From Heterodontus francisci (Eukaryota), in assembly GCF_036365525.1 (NCBI RefSeq), contig NC_090401.1:42864683-42928682 (forward strand): a DNA stretch of 64,000 bases, in the 5' to 3' direction. Shown piece by piece: positions 12,931 through 24,564 of this stretch (positions within the stretch are counted from its first letter, which is position 1; the number at the start of each line of letters is the position of its first letter). A program made the position numbers and the translations under genes. Under the pieces are notes generated by a model, which did not search any database, had not been told where the DNA came from, and saw only the letters and a program-made list of their open reading frames with translations.

Positions 12931-13367
12931 CTACTCATATTTTTGTGAACTATTTTAATGACTGACCTTCCTGCCCTGCAATCAGATAGGAACTGTTGCC
13001 CAAAAGCAGAAGCATATCATGTAGTCTGACCTCGAGTGACCCCTATTCTACCATTCCTGCCTGGGTCCCGCATATCACATGCGGAACGGACCATCCTCTG
13101 ACTGTCTTCAGCAGTTTTTGCAGGTTAATATTGTGCCCTTCCCACCTTCCTCCCACCCCCAGGGCTACCAGTCACCTCCCCTACTGCCACCACCAGCCCC
13201 TTTGCCCAGACCTCTGCAAATGCCCCCAGGAGCCCCAACACATTTTGTTGTCTTCGCTTGGGTCCCTCTGCTGTGTCGTGGGTTTTGGGCCCAGTGTTGG
13301 GCCCCAGAGCCATGGGTGTTGAGTGAAAATTTCTCCTTTTTGCACCACAGGTCCTTCAGTCTAAGTC

Positions 13368-14460
13368 ATGCAAGGAACTTGGCGGAAAGTTGCTTCACAG
13401 CAGACTGACCAGCCTGTGACCAAGCCCAGGCGCGTGACTTCCACAGCTCTGCCACCCATCTCAGTGGATTCACTAAGTCTGGAGGTTTATGAAAGCTCAA
13501 CACCAGAGAGCAGACGGGCCGAAAGGAAGGATAGCAAATCGCTGGTAAAAAGTCACAGCCGTAAAGCAGATCCCAGAGATTCTAATGGGAATAACTCGGA
13601 AAACATTGGGTTCATCCCGGGGTCAGCTGAAAGTGCAGAGGATGTTAGTGTGTGCGAGTCATGTGGCTTTGGAGCCTGTGCCACCTGGCAGACAGTTAAA
13701 GAGGTTTTCTGCTGCGTGGTGACCTGTGGAATGTGTAAGACAGACACTGGAGTTTATAATCCATGTACGGGGACCACAGAGCCACAGATAGGTGCTAAGG
13801 ACGTTGAGAATAACACTTTACGGTATATTGAAAACCCAACACTTGGGATAGCCCTGAACTCTGATGCCAGCCCCAGGAAGAAGGCTAACCTTGCAGGCAA
13901 TAGTTTTAATTATTACGATGTCAAGTTGCGAGGACAGCAGGTGATCTGGGATAAGAATAACAGCCGGAGTCTGTCCACAGACTCGTGTCGCAAGGACTCT
14001 CACCTGTTCAACTCTCAGAAGTCGGAAAGCCCCAGCAACACCTCACCAATATCCCACAAACGTATTTCAGACGAATTCCCCTCCTTCCTGGAGGAGGATT
14101 TGGAGAATAATGAGCTGAATGTGTCCATGTCGAGCGCGGAGCTGGACGAGTACATCAACAAGAAGCTGCTGGAGCTGTTCAGCATTCACCAGATTGACAT
14201 GTTGGCCCAATGCACATCTGACACAACCTTCATCAGCAAGAGCAGTGAGATCAGTGAGCTCATCGATAGCATCACCAAAGGCTACAAGATCAATGAGAAG
14301 GATGCGGAATGCCGGATAGTGACCGGCATTGTCCGGATCAGCACCCGGAAATCCAAGAAAAATAAGAAACGGGGGCAGGAAGAGCCAAGTGAGGAAAGAT
14401 TGGTCACTTTGACCTCTGCTGACCCCAAACCTCAAACAGAGACGATTTTGCCCAGTGAAG
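13368..14460 (+). CDS. KDF1: Keratinocyte differentiation factor 1, coding exon 1 of 3 (exon starts at 13351 after the cacag acceptor)
   Basis: Motifs FIPGSAE, NSFNYYDVKLRG, MSSAELDEYINKKLLELFSIHQIDMLAQCTSDT and IVRISTRKS match vertebrate KDF1. Donor gaag|gtgagg at 14460/14461, phase 1. Synteny with NUDC and NR0B2. Confidence 0.95.
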
Positions 14461-14479
14461 GTGAGGCAGCTGTGCTGGA

Positions 14480-15030
14480 AGCTGGGAATGCGCGGGATCT
14501 GCGCTGGGGGCCAGGGTTGAGCAGGTGAATGCACTGGAGTTGTGCAGAGGCATGTGCTGGAGGCTAGGAAAGCGCTGGAGCTGCACTGGGGCTAGGGCTG
14601 TGCTGGAATGGCGCTGGAGGCCAGAGATGCACTGGGAAATGCACTGGTGCTGCGCTGGGGGCCAGGGTTGCACTGGGAAATACGCTGGAGCTGGGCTGGG
14701 GGCTAGGGTTGTGCTGGCACTACGCTGGGGGGGCCAGGGTTGCACCTGGAAATGCACTGGAGCTGTGCTGGGGGCCAGAGATGCACTGGGAAATGCACAA
14801 GGAAATGTGCTGGGGGCCAGGCTTGTGCTGAAACTGCACTGGGGCCCAGTGTTGTGCTGGGAAATGCACTGGAGCTGTGTTGGGGGCCACAGTTGCACTG
14901 AAGAATGTGCTGGAGGTTAGGAATGTGCTGGAGCTGTGCTGAGGAATGTGCTCGAGGATAGGAATGTGTTAGGAAATGCGCTGGAGCTGTGCTTGGGGCC
15001 AGGGTTGCGCTGGGGCTATGTTAGTTGTTT
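14480..15030. repeat. Degenerate ~40-bp tandem repeat at the start of the KDF1 intron
   Basis: Recurrent gctggagctgtgctgggggccagggttgcactgggaaat. Confidence 0.8.
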
Positions 15031-15141
15031 CTGTGTGCCTGGGTTCCATGCAGGAGCTGCAGATCTCTGCAGATGGGGAGGGATGTGGCATTTGGGGTTT
15101 GGCTAGAATGTGCTGTGATTTCTGATTTTGTTTCTATTTAG

Positions 15142-15216
15142 AGCTCAATTTGGAGATTTCAGTCGTGGATCCGCTCGATTTGAAAGCGAGACAATTGCAG
15201 GGCCTGGGTCCTCCAG
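15142..15216 (+). CDS. KDF1: KDF1 coding exon 2
   Basis: tttag|AG...ccag|gtaatt, 75 nt, phase 1-1. Encodes ELNLEISVVDPLDLKARQLQGLGPP, which aligns with recalled human ELTVQISQETTADAIARKLRPYGAP. Confidence 0.92.
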
Positions 15217-15469
15217 GTAATTCCCAAATATGGTGGAAGTGGTGGAACTCAGCTCCTCAAGGCTGAATTATACAGACGAGAAATTTCCTAGTTTGGGGTC
15301 AGCACGTTTACCTCAGCCAGGAGACCTGTTCTTCCTCACTGTCCATATTGCAGGGGTGGGGAAGTTGGAAGTAGCTGCTTTCACTTTATATATTTAATGG
15401 TGTGGTGTTAATTACTGTGCCCCGACTTTCATTTCTGTCCTTTTCTCTCTCAGCCCATCTGTCTCCCTC

Positions 15470-17535
15470 CCTCTCAGCCCTCCCCTCTCTGCTCTCCTCC
15501 CTCTGAGCCCTCCCCTCTCTGCTCTCCTCCCTCTCTGCCCCCGCACTCCCCCTCCCTCTCTGCCCCCGCACACCCCCTCATCCTCCCTGCCCCCGCACTC
15601 CCCCTCATCCTCCCTGCCCCCGCACTCCCCCTCATCCTCCCTGCCCCCGCCCTCCCCCTCATCCTCCCTGCCCCCGCCCTCCCCCTCATCCTCCCTGCCC
15701 CCGCCCTCCCCCTCATCCTCCCTGCCCCCGCCCTCCCCCTCATCCACCCTGCCCCCGCCCTCCCCCTCATCCTCCCTGCCCCCGCCCTCCCCCTCATCCT
15801 CCCTGCCCCCGCCCTCCCCCTCATCCTCCCTGCCCCCGCCCTCCCCCTCATCCTCCCTGCCCCCGCCCTCCCCCTCATCCTCCCTGCCCCCGCCCTCCCC
15901 CTCATCCTCCCTGCCCCCGCCCTCCCCCTCATCCTCCCTGCCCCCGCCCTCCCCCTCATCCTCCCTGCCCCCGCCCTCCCCCTCATCCTCCCTGCCCCCG
16001 CCCTCCCCCTCATCCTCCCTGCCCCCGCCCTCCCCCTCATCCTCCCTGCCCCCGCCCTCCCCCTCATCCTCCCTGCCCCCGCCCTCCCCCTCATCCTCCC
16101 TGCCCCCGCCCTCCCCCTCATCCTCCCTGCCCCCGCCCTCCCCCTCATCCTCCCTGCCCCCGCCCTCCCCCTCATCCTCCCTGCCCCCGCCCTCCCCCTC
16201 ATCCTCCCTGCCCCCGCCCTCCCCCTCATCCTCCCTGCCCCCGCCCTCCCCCTCATCCTCCCTGCCCCCGCCCTCCCCCTCATCCTCCCTGCCCCCGCCC
16301 TCCCCCTCATCCTCCCTGCCCCCGCCCTCCCCCTCATCCTCCCTGCCCCCGCCCTCCCCCTCATCCTCCCTGCCCCCGCCCTCCCCCTCATCCTCCCTGC
16401 CCCCGCCCTCCCCCTCATCCTCCCTGCCCCCGCCCTCCCCCTCATCCTCCCTGCCCCCGCCCTCCCCCTCATCCTCCCTGCCCCCGCCCTCCCCCTCATC
16501 CTCCCTGCCCCCGCCCTCCCCCTCATCCTCCCTGCCCCCGCCCTCCCCCTCATCCTCCCTGCCCCCGCCCTCCCCCTCATCCTCCCTGCCCCCGCCCTCC
16601 CCCTCATCCTCCCTGCCCCCGCCCTCCCCCTCATCCTCCCTGCCCCCGCCCTCCCCCTCATCCTCCCTGCCCCCGCCCTCCCCCTCATCCTCCCTGCCCC
16701 CGCCCTCCCCCTCATCCTCCCTGCCCCCGCCCTCCCCCTCATCCTCCCTGCCCCCGCCCTCCCCCTCATCCTCCCTGCCCCCGCCCTCCCCCTCATCCTC
16801 CCTGCCCCCGCCCTCCCCCTCATCCTCCCTGCCCCCGCCCTCCCCCTCATCCTCCCTGCCCCCGCCCTCCCCCTCATCCTCCCTGCCCCCGCCCTCCCCC
16901 TCATCCTCCCTGCCCCCGCCCTCCCCCTCATCCTCCCTGCCCCCGCCCTCCCCCTCATCCTCCCTGCCCCCGCCCTCCCCCTCATCCTCCCTGCCCCCGC
17001 CCTCCCCCTCATCCTCCCTGCCCCCGCCCTCCCCCTCATCCTCCCTGCCCCCGCCCTCCCCCTCATCCTCCCTGCCCCCGCCCTCCCCCTCATCCTCCCT
17101 GCCCCCGCCCTCCCCCTCATCCTCCCTGCCCCCGCCCTCCCCCTCATCCTCCCTGCCCCCGCCCTCCCCCTCATCCTCCCTGCCCCCGCCCTCCCCCTCA
17201 TCCTCCCTGCCCCCGCCCTCCCCCTCATCCTCCCTGCCCCCGCCCTCATCCTCATCCTCCCTGCCCCCGCCCTCATCCTCATCCTCCCTGCCCCCGCCCT
17301 CATCCTCATCCTCCCTGCCCCCGCCCTCATCCTCATCCTCCCTGCCCCCGCCCTCATCCTCATCCTCATCCTCCCTGCCCCCGCCCTCATCCTCATCCTC
17401 CCTGCCCCCGCCCTCATCCTCATCCTCCCTGCCCCCGCCCTCATCCTCATCCTCCCTGCCCCCGCCCTCATCCTCATCCTCATCCTCCCTGCCCCCGCCC
17501 TCATCCTCATCCTCATCCTCCCTGCCCCCGCACTC
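15470..17535. repeat. 27-bp C-rich/G-rich minisatellite (~70-75 copies), G-quadruplex/i-motif prone
   Basis: Unit cctccctgcccccgccctccccctcat; the minus strand ATGAGGGGGAGGGCGGGGGCAGGGAGG has four runs of 3 or more G per unit. Confidence 0.97.
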
Positions 17536-17806
17536 TGCCTGCTGCCCCTCTCTTTCCCCCCCCCCCCCCCCCCAGCTCTCCCCCTCTCCCCCAGGGTCTC
17601 TAGCTCATATTCCCACTAATCTCTTTTACGGACCATTGGTCTGAGCTGTTGTCCCAGATTTGCTGTGACCCCCAATGGTTTGTGTTCCAGCCCTGTGGAC
17701 ATGTATTCATTCCCCCTACCTACCCTGCCAACCCAACTCCATGGCATGGATCCCACATCGAGGTCCCGATACTCACTATTTCTTCTCTCTCTCTCTCTCT
17801 CTCCAG

Positions 17807-17883
17807 AATTACAAAAAGACGAATCTCTTCAGGATACGGAGACAGATTCATCGGGAGCCCCGCTGCTCAAAGTCTATCTATAG
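17807..17883 (+). CDS. KDF1: KDF1 coding exon 3 (stop codon)
   Basis: (ct)n ccag acceptor. Encodes ELQKDESLQDTETDSSGAPLLKVYL*, matching the KDF1 C-terminus TDSSGAPLLQVYC. Confidence 0.95.
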
Positions 17884-19204
17884 GGTTGGAAAGCAGGACC
17901 TCCCTCGTTAAGAATAATCGCACTGGGAGTTGGGTCGTGCAGGTCTGGAATGGTCACTGAGTTGCCGGACGCTCTGGGTGTGGCGGAAACTGTGGAATTG
18001 ATACGTCCCCTCTCCGGCTCTTGGCTCTTGTTCACTGTGAAGCTGTTTCCTCCTCCTGCCCCTAGGATTTGCTCTGGTCCTGAGTCCAGTCTCCAGTTAC
18101 CTGAGTTTGGTGCTGTTAGCCTGAGTGTAGCCATTCACCCCTGTGAGCCCCCATTCCTTGCCACCCTCCCCACTGCGGTGAGGAGTCCAGGCTCAGTGCC
18201 AGAGGTCGACGGGGGTTGGAGGGAGTCACAGTCTGCTGGGTACCAGAGAGACAAGAACTGCTGTAAATAAGGAATGGCTCGCAGGGTCCCTCTCCAGGTT
18301 TGGGGTTGTGTTAATGCTGGGAGGGATTGGTGTATGACAGGGTGGAGGTTGTACAGTTTCTTTGTCTGTATATTCTGTTCATTGTTTTGCGTCGCTGAAC
18401 GAGACGGTGAATTGTGGTGAGAAATATTGATTTTAATAAGTCGCTTTTGATATTAAAGCAAAAATTGGAACCTTGTGTGCAATCTGAAAAATGCTTCAAT
18501 CCCCAAATCCCTCCTCCTCAATTTCCCCCCAGCCCACTTTTTCAATCCCTACTGATACCGTATCTTAATTCCACCCCACCTCCCCACCAGCACCATGCAG
18601 TCTCCAGTCAGCCAGAGGACAAGATCTAAGTAAAGTCACCTGATGCAAGATTCCATCAGCCGGATCTTTCAATACGGACCAGACCCGAGACCTCGGCAAA
18701 TATTGAGTGTGAACAGCACCAGTGGGACCACTATCTCTGAGGCTGCACTTCCAAGATACAGAGCATAGCCTGAGATTGACCAGAGTCAGTCACTCACTGA
18801 ACCCCACACACCAGGAGAATGGTCTGGGTTCCATCCTCCACCGAGACTGAGGCTGTTAATTCCACCTTGGGAGGAATATCATCAGCTTCGAGCTCTGCCA
18901 GTCACCTGCACCCTCCCCCTTGCCCTCTGAAATGTGAATGAGGGCAGGATTGGGCCCAGCTGTGATGCCCTATATAGTCCAATATCCTGTCAATCCTCCT
19001 GTCTAGGCTAGCCTGTGGATTGGCCGTTAGGATAAATCACTGGAGAGTGACTGGAAAAGTTTAATGTTGAAGGAAACTGCCAATCGATCCTGGGAGGAAC
19101 AGGGATGGAGATGCAGCAGAGCAGCCCTGTATTTCTGAGGTTGAAAGTCTGGTGCTGCCTTTCCCTGCAGGCAGGTGGTGCTGTAGAGCTATAGTGATCC
19201 ACTT

Positions 19205-20125
19205 TGCCTATCGAAGCCCCCCCCTCTGGTACGGTAACCCATCGAAGCCCCCCCCCTCTGGTACGGTAACCCATCGAAGCCCCTCCCTCTGGTACAGTCA
19301 CCCATCGAAGCCCCTCCCTCTGGTATGGTAAACCATCGAGGCCCCTCCCTCTGCTATGTTAACCCATCGAAGCCCTTCCCTCTGGTACGTTAACCCATTG
19401 AAGCCCCTCTCTCTGGTACGGTAACCCTACGAAGCCCCTTCCTCTGCTACATTAACCCATCGAAGCCCTTCCTTCTGGTACGGTAACCCATCGAAGTCCC
19501 TCCCTCTCCCTCTGCTACGTTAACCCATCGAAGCCCTTCCCTCTGGCACGTTAACCCATTGAAGCCCCTCTCTCTGGTATGGTAACCCTACGAAGACCCT
19601 TTCTCTGCTACATTAACCCATCGAAGCCCTTCCTTCTGGTACGGTAACCCATCGAAGTCCCTCCCTCTGCTACGTTAACCCATTGAAGCCCTTCCCTCTG
19701 CTACGTTAACCCATCGAAGCCCCTCTGGTATGTTAATTGAACTCCCTCCCTCTGGTAGGTTAACCCATCGAGCTCCCTCCCTCTGGTATGTTTACCCATA
19801 GAAGCTTCCCCCCCCAAAACTTGCCCCTGGTACGTTAACCCATAGAGGCCCCTCCCTCTGGTACGCTAACCCATCAAAGTCCCTCTCTCTGCTACGTTAA
19901 CCCATTGAAGCCCTTCCTTCTGGTACGTTAACCCATCGAGATCCCTCCCTCTGGTATGTTTACCTATTGAAGCTCCCCCACCCGACATGCCTCCGGTACG
20001 TTAACCCATTGAACTCCTTCCCTCTGGTCCATTAACCCATCATAGCCCCTCCCTCTGATACATTAACCCATTGAAACTCCTGCCCCCGGTACATTAAAAC
20101 CCATCAAAGACCCTCCGTCTGGTAA
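19205..20125. repeat. 31-bp degenerate minisatellite (~29 copies), downstream of the KDF1 stop
   Basis: Unit aacccatcgaagcccctccctctggtacgtt; period 31 (tcgaag at 19211 and 19242). Confidence 0.92.
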
Positions 20126-20544
20126 ATTCATCTGTGCTGTAGACTGTGTGGGAGTCCATGTGATAAACTTCTGCTTTCACCGTCTATTTCTATAGGATTC
20201 TTAAATCCACTTATAGTTTTAAGTCTTTTATCTGATGGTGGTTTATATGAAGTGATGCTTCTTTGTTGTGGTTGATTTTGTGCTTTTAACTGAGACTCAT
20301 GTCAACTGGGCTCTGGTGTGAGCTCAGTTCCAGCGAATGTAGCAGGAAACAGTCTGGGAACTTTTCCGACAGTGGGACAGGGTCAGGAATTGGGAAAAAT
20401 AAAAACTGAAGCTCTACAGTGCTGCCACAGATGGGAAGGTGTAATTACAGTGTGACCATTCACATGGACACTTTTCACTATAAATGGACCATGGGATTTA
20501 TAGTGGGAAAGGTCGATGAGGTGGGTGCAGATGTAAGATTTTTA

Positions 20545-20550
20545 AATAAA
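20545..20550 (+). terminator. Candidate KDF1 polyadenylation signal (alternative: ATTAAA at 18452-18457)
   Basis: AATAAA followed by a T-rich tract; no transcript evidence. Confidence 0.35.
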
Positions 20551-21904
20551 TAGTGGTCAATCATTGTTTTTTTATATATAAAATCTACTTTTTACTCATT
20601 TTGGTTTATCTGCTGTATTCTGACGGAGGTAATCACCTGGCTGCATCGCACTTAATATTTCATTTAAGTTGGTCCCCTTTAATCACCTTGCCTTCAGCTC
20701 AATAATCTTGAATCTTCCACACTACCCTCACTGCCAGCAGGATACATACATCAACACCCATGAAATTGTTTGTATTATCATTCATTTGTCACAAATCTCC
20801 CAATGTGGCATCCCTAACCCCTCATGTGTTCAGTCCCTCCACTGCCCCACACGCACCCAACAAGGTCTAACTGTATCCTCAGCTCACACCCTGCATGCTC
20901 CTAATCCAGTCAGGAAAGATTCCCTGCAGATACAAGTTGGAGGCCGCAGTCTCAACTCATTCTCATTGAGTTACTCTGTTCCCACATTCACAGAATTTTG
21001 TCTGCTGTTGATCACTCATTCCTCACTGCTGTATGGAGGAGACTGTGAATCACTCCTGCCCACAAGTGCAGGTGCAAGAGGGGAGCTGCGGCCCTGTGAG
21101 AATGTGAGAATGAAGGAGGCGAGGGTATAGTTTGGTGACTATGGCAGGATTGGGTGAGATGGAGTTGCACGCAAGAGTAGGTCTGGCTATGGTTAGATAA
21201 TAACTGCAACTCGGCTGAGTAAGGATTTGATGCGATTGGATAGGCTGGATTAAGGTGAGAGGTTGGATAGGACACAGGCTGTCAGTGAGTAGAGGAGTGA
21301 GGTACGGCATATTTGGATCATGAAGGATTCCAGCTAAGCATTGAGCCTGATTTCCGGTAACAGTGAAACTACAGAGTGAGGCAGTGTGGAAAGCAGGAAA
21401 TGCTCTGAGCTGGGAGGCTGCATTTCCTTCCGACGGTTGATGTTAGTGGGTTATTGCCAACTATTCTCCGCTAGGCACTGCAGCGTTTGTTTAATGATTA
21501 CCAAAGGAAGTAATCAGAATTGTTTTTTCCCACTGTTTGAAGTTCAATGGTATGTGGGTGACAGATTAACACAAGGCCACAGTAATGGGTTCAAACTATT
21601 GACACTGGTTACCCATGGGTCACTGCAGCAGGCACAGAGCCACAGATAATGTAAAAATAGCCTCCTGCAAATTACACTTACTGGATGTAATGTCAATTCA
21701 GGGCCCATATTATGGTCACTCTGCACTGGAGAGAAACTGGAATGTTTCTATATGAACTTACTCAAGGTTCTCACAGTGGGAGTCCAGACAAACCCAAATG
21801 CCAGCAATCTGGTAGGACAAGAGTGCAACTAAGACTTTGCTCTTAAATTGCCCTCATTTGTCTTTGGGCTTCAGGTTGTAAAATAAACAGATCTTGTCTG
21901 GAAC

Positions 21905-22125
21905 AAAAACAAGAAATGCTGGATTCACTCAGCAGGTCTGGCAGCATCTGTGGAAAGAGAAGCAGAGTTAACGTTTTGGGTCAGTGACCCTTCTTCGGAA
22001 GAAGGGTCACTGACCCGAAACGTTAACTCTGCTTCTCTTTCCACAGATGCTGCCAGACCTGCTGAGTGAATCCAACATTTCTTGTTTTTGTTTCAGATTT
22101 CCAGCATCCGCAGTATTTTGCTTTT
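21905..22125. mobile_element. Palindromic (fold-back) mini-insertion of the Penelope-like pLTR end, with TSD
   Basis: Arms 21902-21996 and 21998-22092 are inverted copies with 2 mismatches and a 1-nt spacer. Flanked by the direct repeat agatcttgtctggaac (21889-21904, 22126-22141). Nearly identical to 57025-57156. Confidence 0.93.
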
Positions 22126-24564
22126 AGATCTTGTCTGGAACTGTTTTGTTAATCAACCTCAATTTTCCTAATGCTTAGTGACTAAAGGTTTGACTTGGTG
22201 TGGCCTGAGTTATACAGCTCAGGAATCCTAGCTTCAGTCCATAATCTGTGCAATTAGCTGACCTAATTGATGTCAGCACCCATAGGTGAAGGAGGATTTC
22301 TGCTTCTGAGCTTCAGGCACATTGGTGGGTGGTGGGCTCAGTTATGATGTATCCATGTATCCTATCTACGCTGTGAATTTAGGTGAGATGTCACTGGTGG
22401 GCTGGTACTGGGAACACTCTACCAGCCAATCTGGAAAGGAAGAAACGTGAGGTGGTGGAGCTTCCAGCAATCTGTTTTATTCAGTTGCAAATCTGACTCT
22501 GTTCATGCAGTGCTTTGGGTTAAAGGATTCTTGCTCTGGCATTTCATTGTGCTGTCCTCAATTCCCCCTCCTCTCTGCCCCCAGCCCCAGAGGTTATTAG
22601 GCAGATTTATCGACTGCTGGCTAAGATCTGCAGCTCACTCCCACCAGTAGACCAGCACTGTCTACACCTGTCATAGTAAACACTACCTGAATGTCTTTGC
22701 CACTGGATCCTTCCAGATAGTCTCTATCACTCCCAAACTAATTCCACCGCCTCACTCCAGTATCCGCCTAGTCCAGTATCTTCCTCACTTGAAGGGCTAA
22801 CACCAGTGATACAGGTGTGCTGGTTGAATGGCTTCATTCTCTGCTGTAAATCCAGTACCTGTATTGAGGGTTCGAGTGTATGAACACTCTGCCCAGTAGG
22901 GAATATCCTAGAGGAGCATCAGACATTCTGCCATTTGGTGCAACTACTCGGGCAAGAACACAGCCACAAACACTGGGCCCTTGCCCGTGGGATGACCATA
23001 AACCGATCCTTTGCTCAACTCTGTGCTCTGCAATGGGCTGATCGCAGTCTGCCCCAAGGAGGGCTGTTCATGAGCAGTGGTGCTCATATATATTTCCTTC
23101 CACTCATCAGTAAACATCTAGGTTACACAACCATTGGTAGAAGAGCAGCAGTATTAAGACAAGGAATGTGGAAGCACTTTACTAATCTTGAATACCCTAC
23201 TGGTGGTGGTAGATTCAGTTAAATTAACATGAAAAACTGGACAGAATGGCCTGATATCTGAGGATCAGTTTCTGACTCAGTGTAAACAGCCATGACCCTG
23301 ACACGTCTCAATAAAAAAGAACCGCAAGAGTTGTATGTGACCAATGGACTTCGACCCAGCAGCCTTGGCCGAGTATCTAAACTCTGCTCCACTTGCCAAT
23401 ACCTAACCTGAAACGCCACAGCAATTATCAACACTTAAAGGTAAAAGATAAAAAAACTAGTCAGAAAACAAAAAAAAAATTGCTGGAAATATTCAATAAC
23501 TGGTCAGAGGGCACAAATGGGTGAGAGGGCTCACGCCCTTTACAACAACTACTTTCATTTATATAGCACCTTTAACATAGTGAAATGTCCTAAAGTGGTT
23601 CACCAAATGAAATTTGATACTAAAACACAGATGAACAAAAGCTCGGTCAAACAGGTAGGTTTTAAGGAGCATTTTAAAAGGGAGGAGAGGCAGGCAGAGA
23701 GGTTTAGGGAGGGAATGCCAGAGCTTGGGGCCTAGGCAGCTGAAGGCATAGCCGCCAATGATGAAACAATTAAAATTGAGGGTGTGCAAAAAGCCGGAAT
23801 TAAAGAAATGCCAATATCTTAGAGGGTTGTAGGACTGGAGGAGGTTATAGAGATAGAGAGGGATGAGGCCATGGAGGGTTTTGAAAACAAGGATGCGAAT
23901 TTTAAAATTGAGGGTTGCTGGACTGGGAGCCAATGTACGCCTAATGGGTGAATGTGAATTAGAATACAGGCAGCAGAGTTTTGGATGAGCTCAAGTTTGG
24001 TGGGAGACTGACCGGAAGAGCATTGGAATAGTCACGTGTAGAAGTAACAAAGGCTTGGATGAGGGTTTCAGCAGCAAGTGAGGCGGGGCAGAGACTGGCA
24101 CAATTACAGAGGTAGGGTATGTGGTCTTGGTGATGGAAAACAGGTTGGATCGGAAGCTCATGTCAGGTTCAAATAGGTTGTGAAGGGTCTGATTCAACCT
24201 CTGACATTGGCCATGGAGAAGCATGGAATTGGAGGCCTTCAGAGTTTGTAGCAGGGACTGTAGACAATAGCTTTGAGCTTCCCAATATTTATTGGAGGTA
24301 ATTTCTGCTCATCCAATACTGATGTCAGATAAGCAGTGTTGACAAAGCAGAGATAGTGGATGGGGTTGAGAGGTGGTAGTGAGGTAGAGCTGGGGCTTGT
24401 CAGTGTACATGCAAAATTATATGTTTTCAGATGATGTCACTGAGGGGCAGTATGTACATGAGAAATAGGAGAGGGCTATGAATTGGTGCTTAGACTGCAG
24501 AGGTAATGGAGCAGGAGCAGGAAGAGAAGCTATTGCGGGAGATTCCTTGGCTGTGACTGGACAG

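Noticed and set aside
14461-14528. C-terminal 22 codons of the 386-aa ORF as the real KDF1 end
   Set aside because: Read-through past the gtgagg donor; the conserved C-terminus is in the exons at 15142 and 17807.
15474-17516. 680-aa ORF (MRGRAGAGR)n resembling an RG-rich protein
   Set aside because: It is a stop-free reading of the 27-bp minisatellite, antisense within a KDF1 intron, with no unique coding sequence.
1-20125. CRISPR-like arrays (31-34-bp repeats)
   Set aside because: Units are head-to-tail without unique spacers, there are no cas genes, and the context is eukaryotic.
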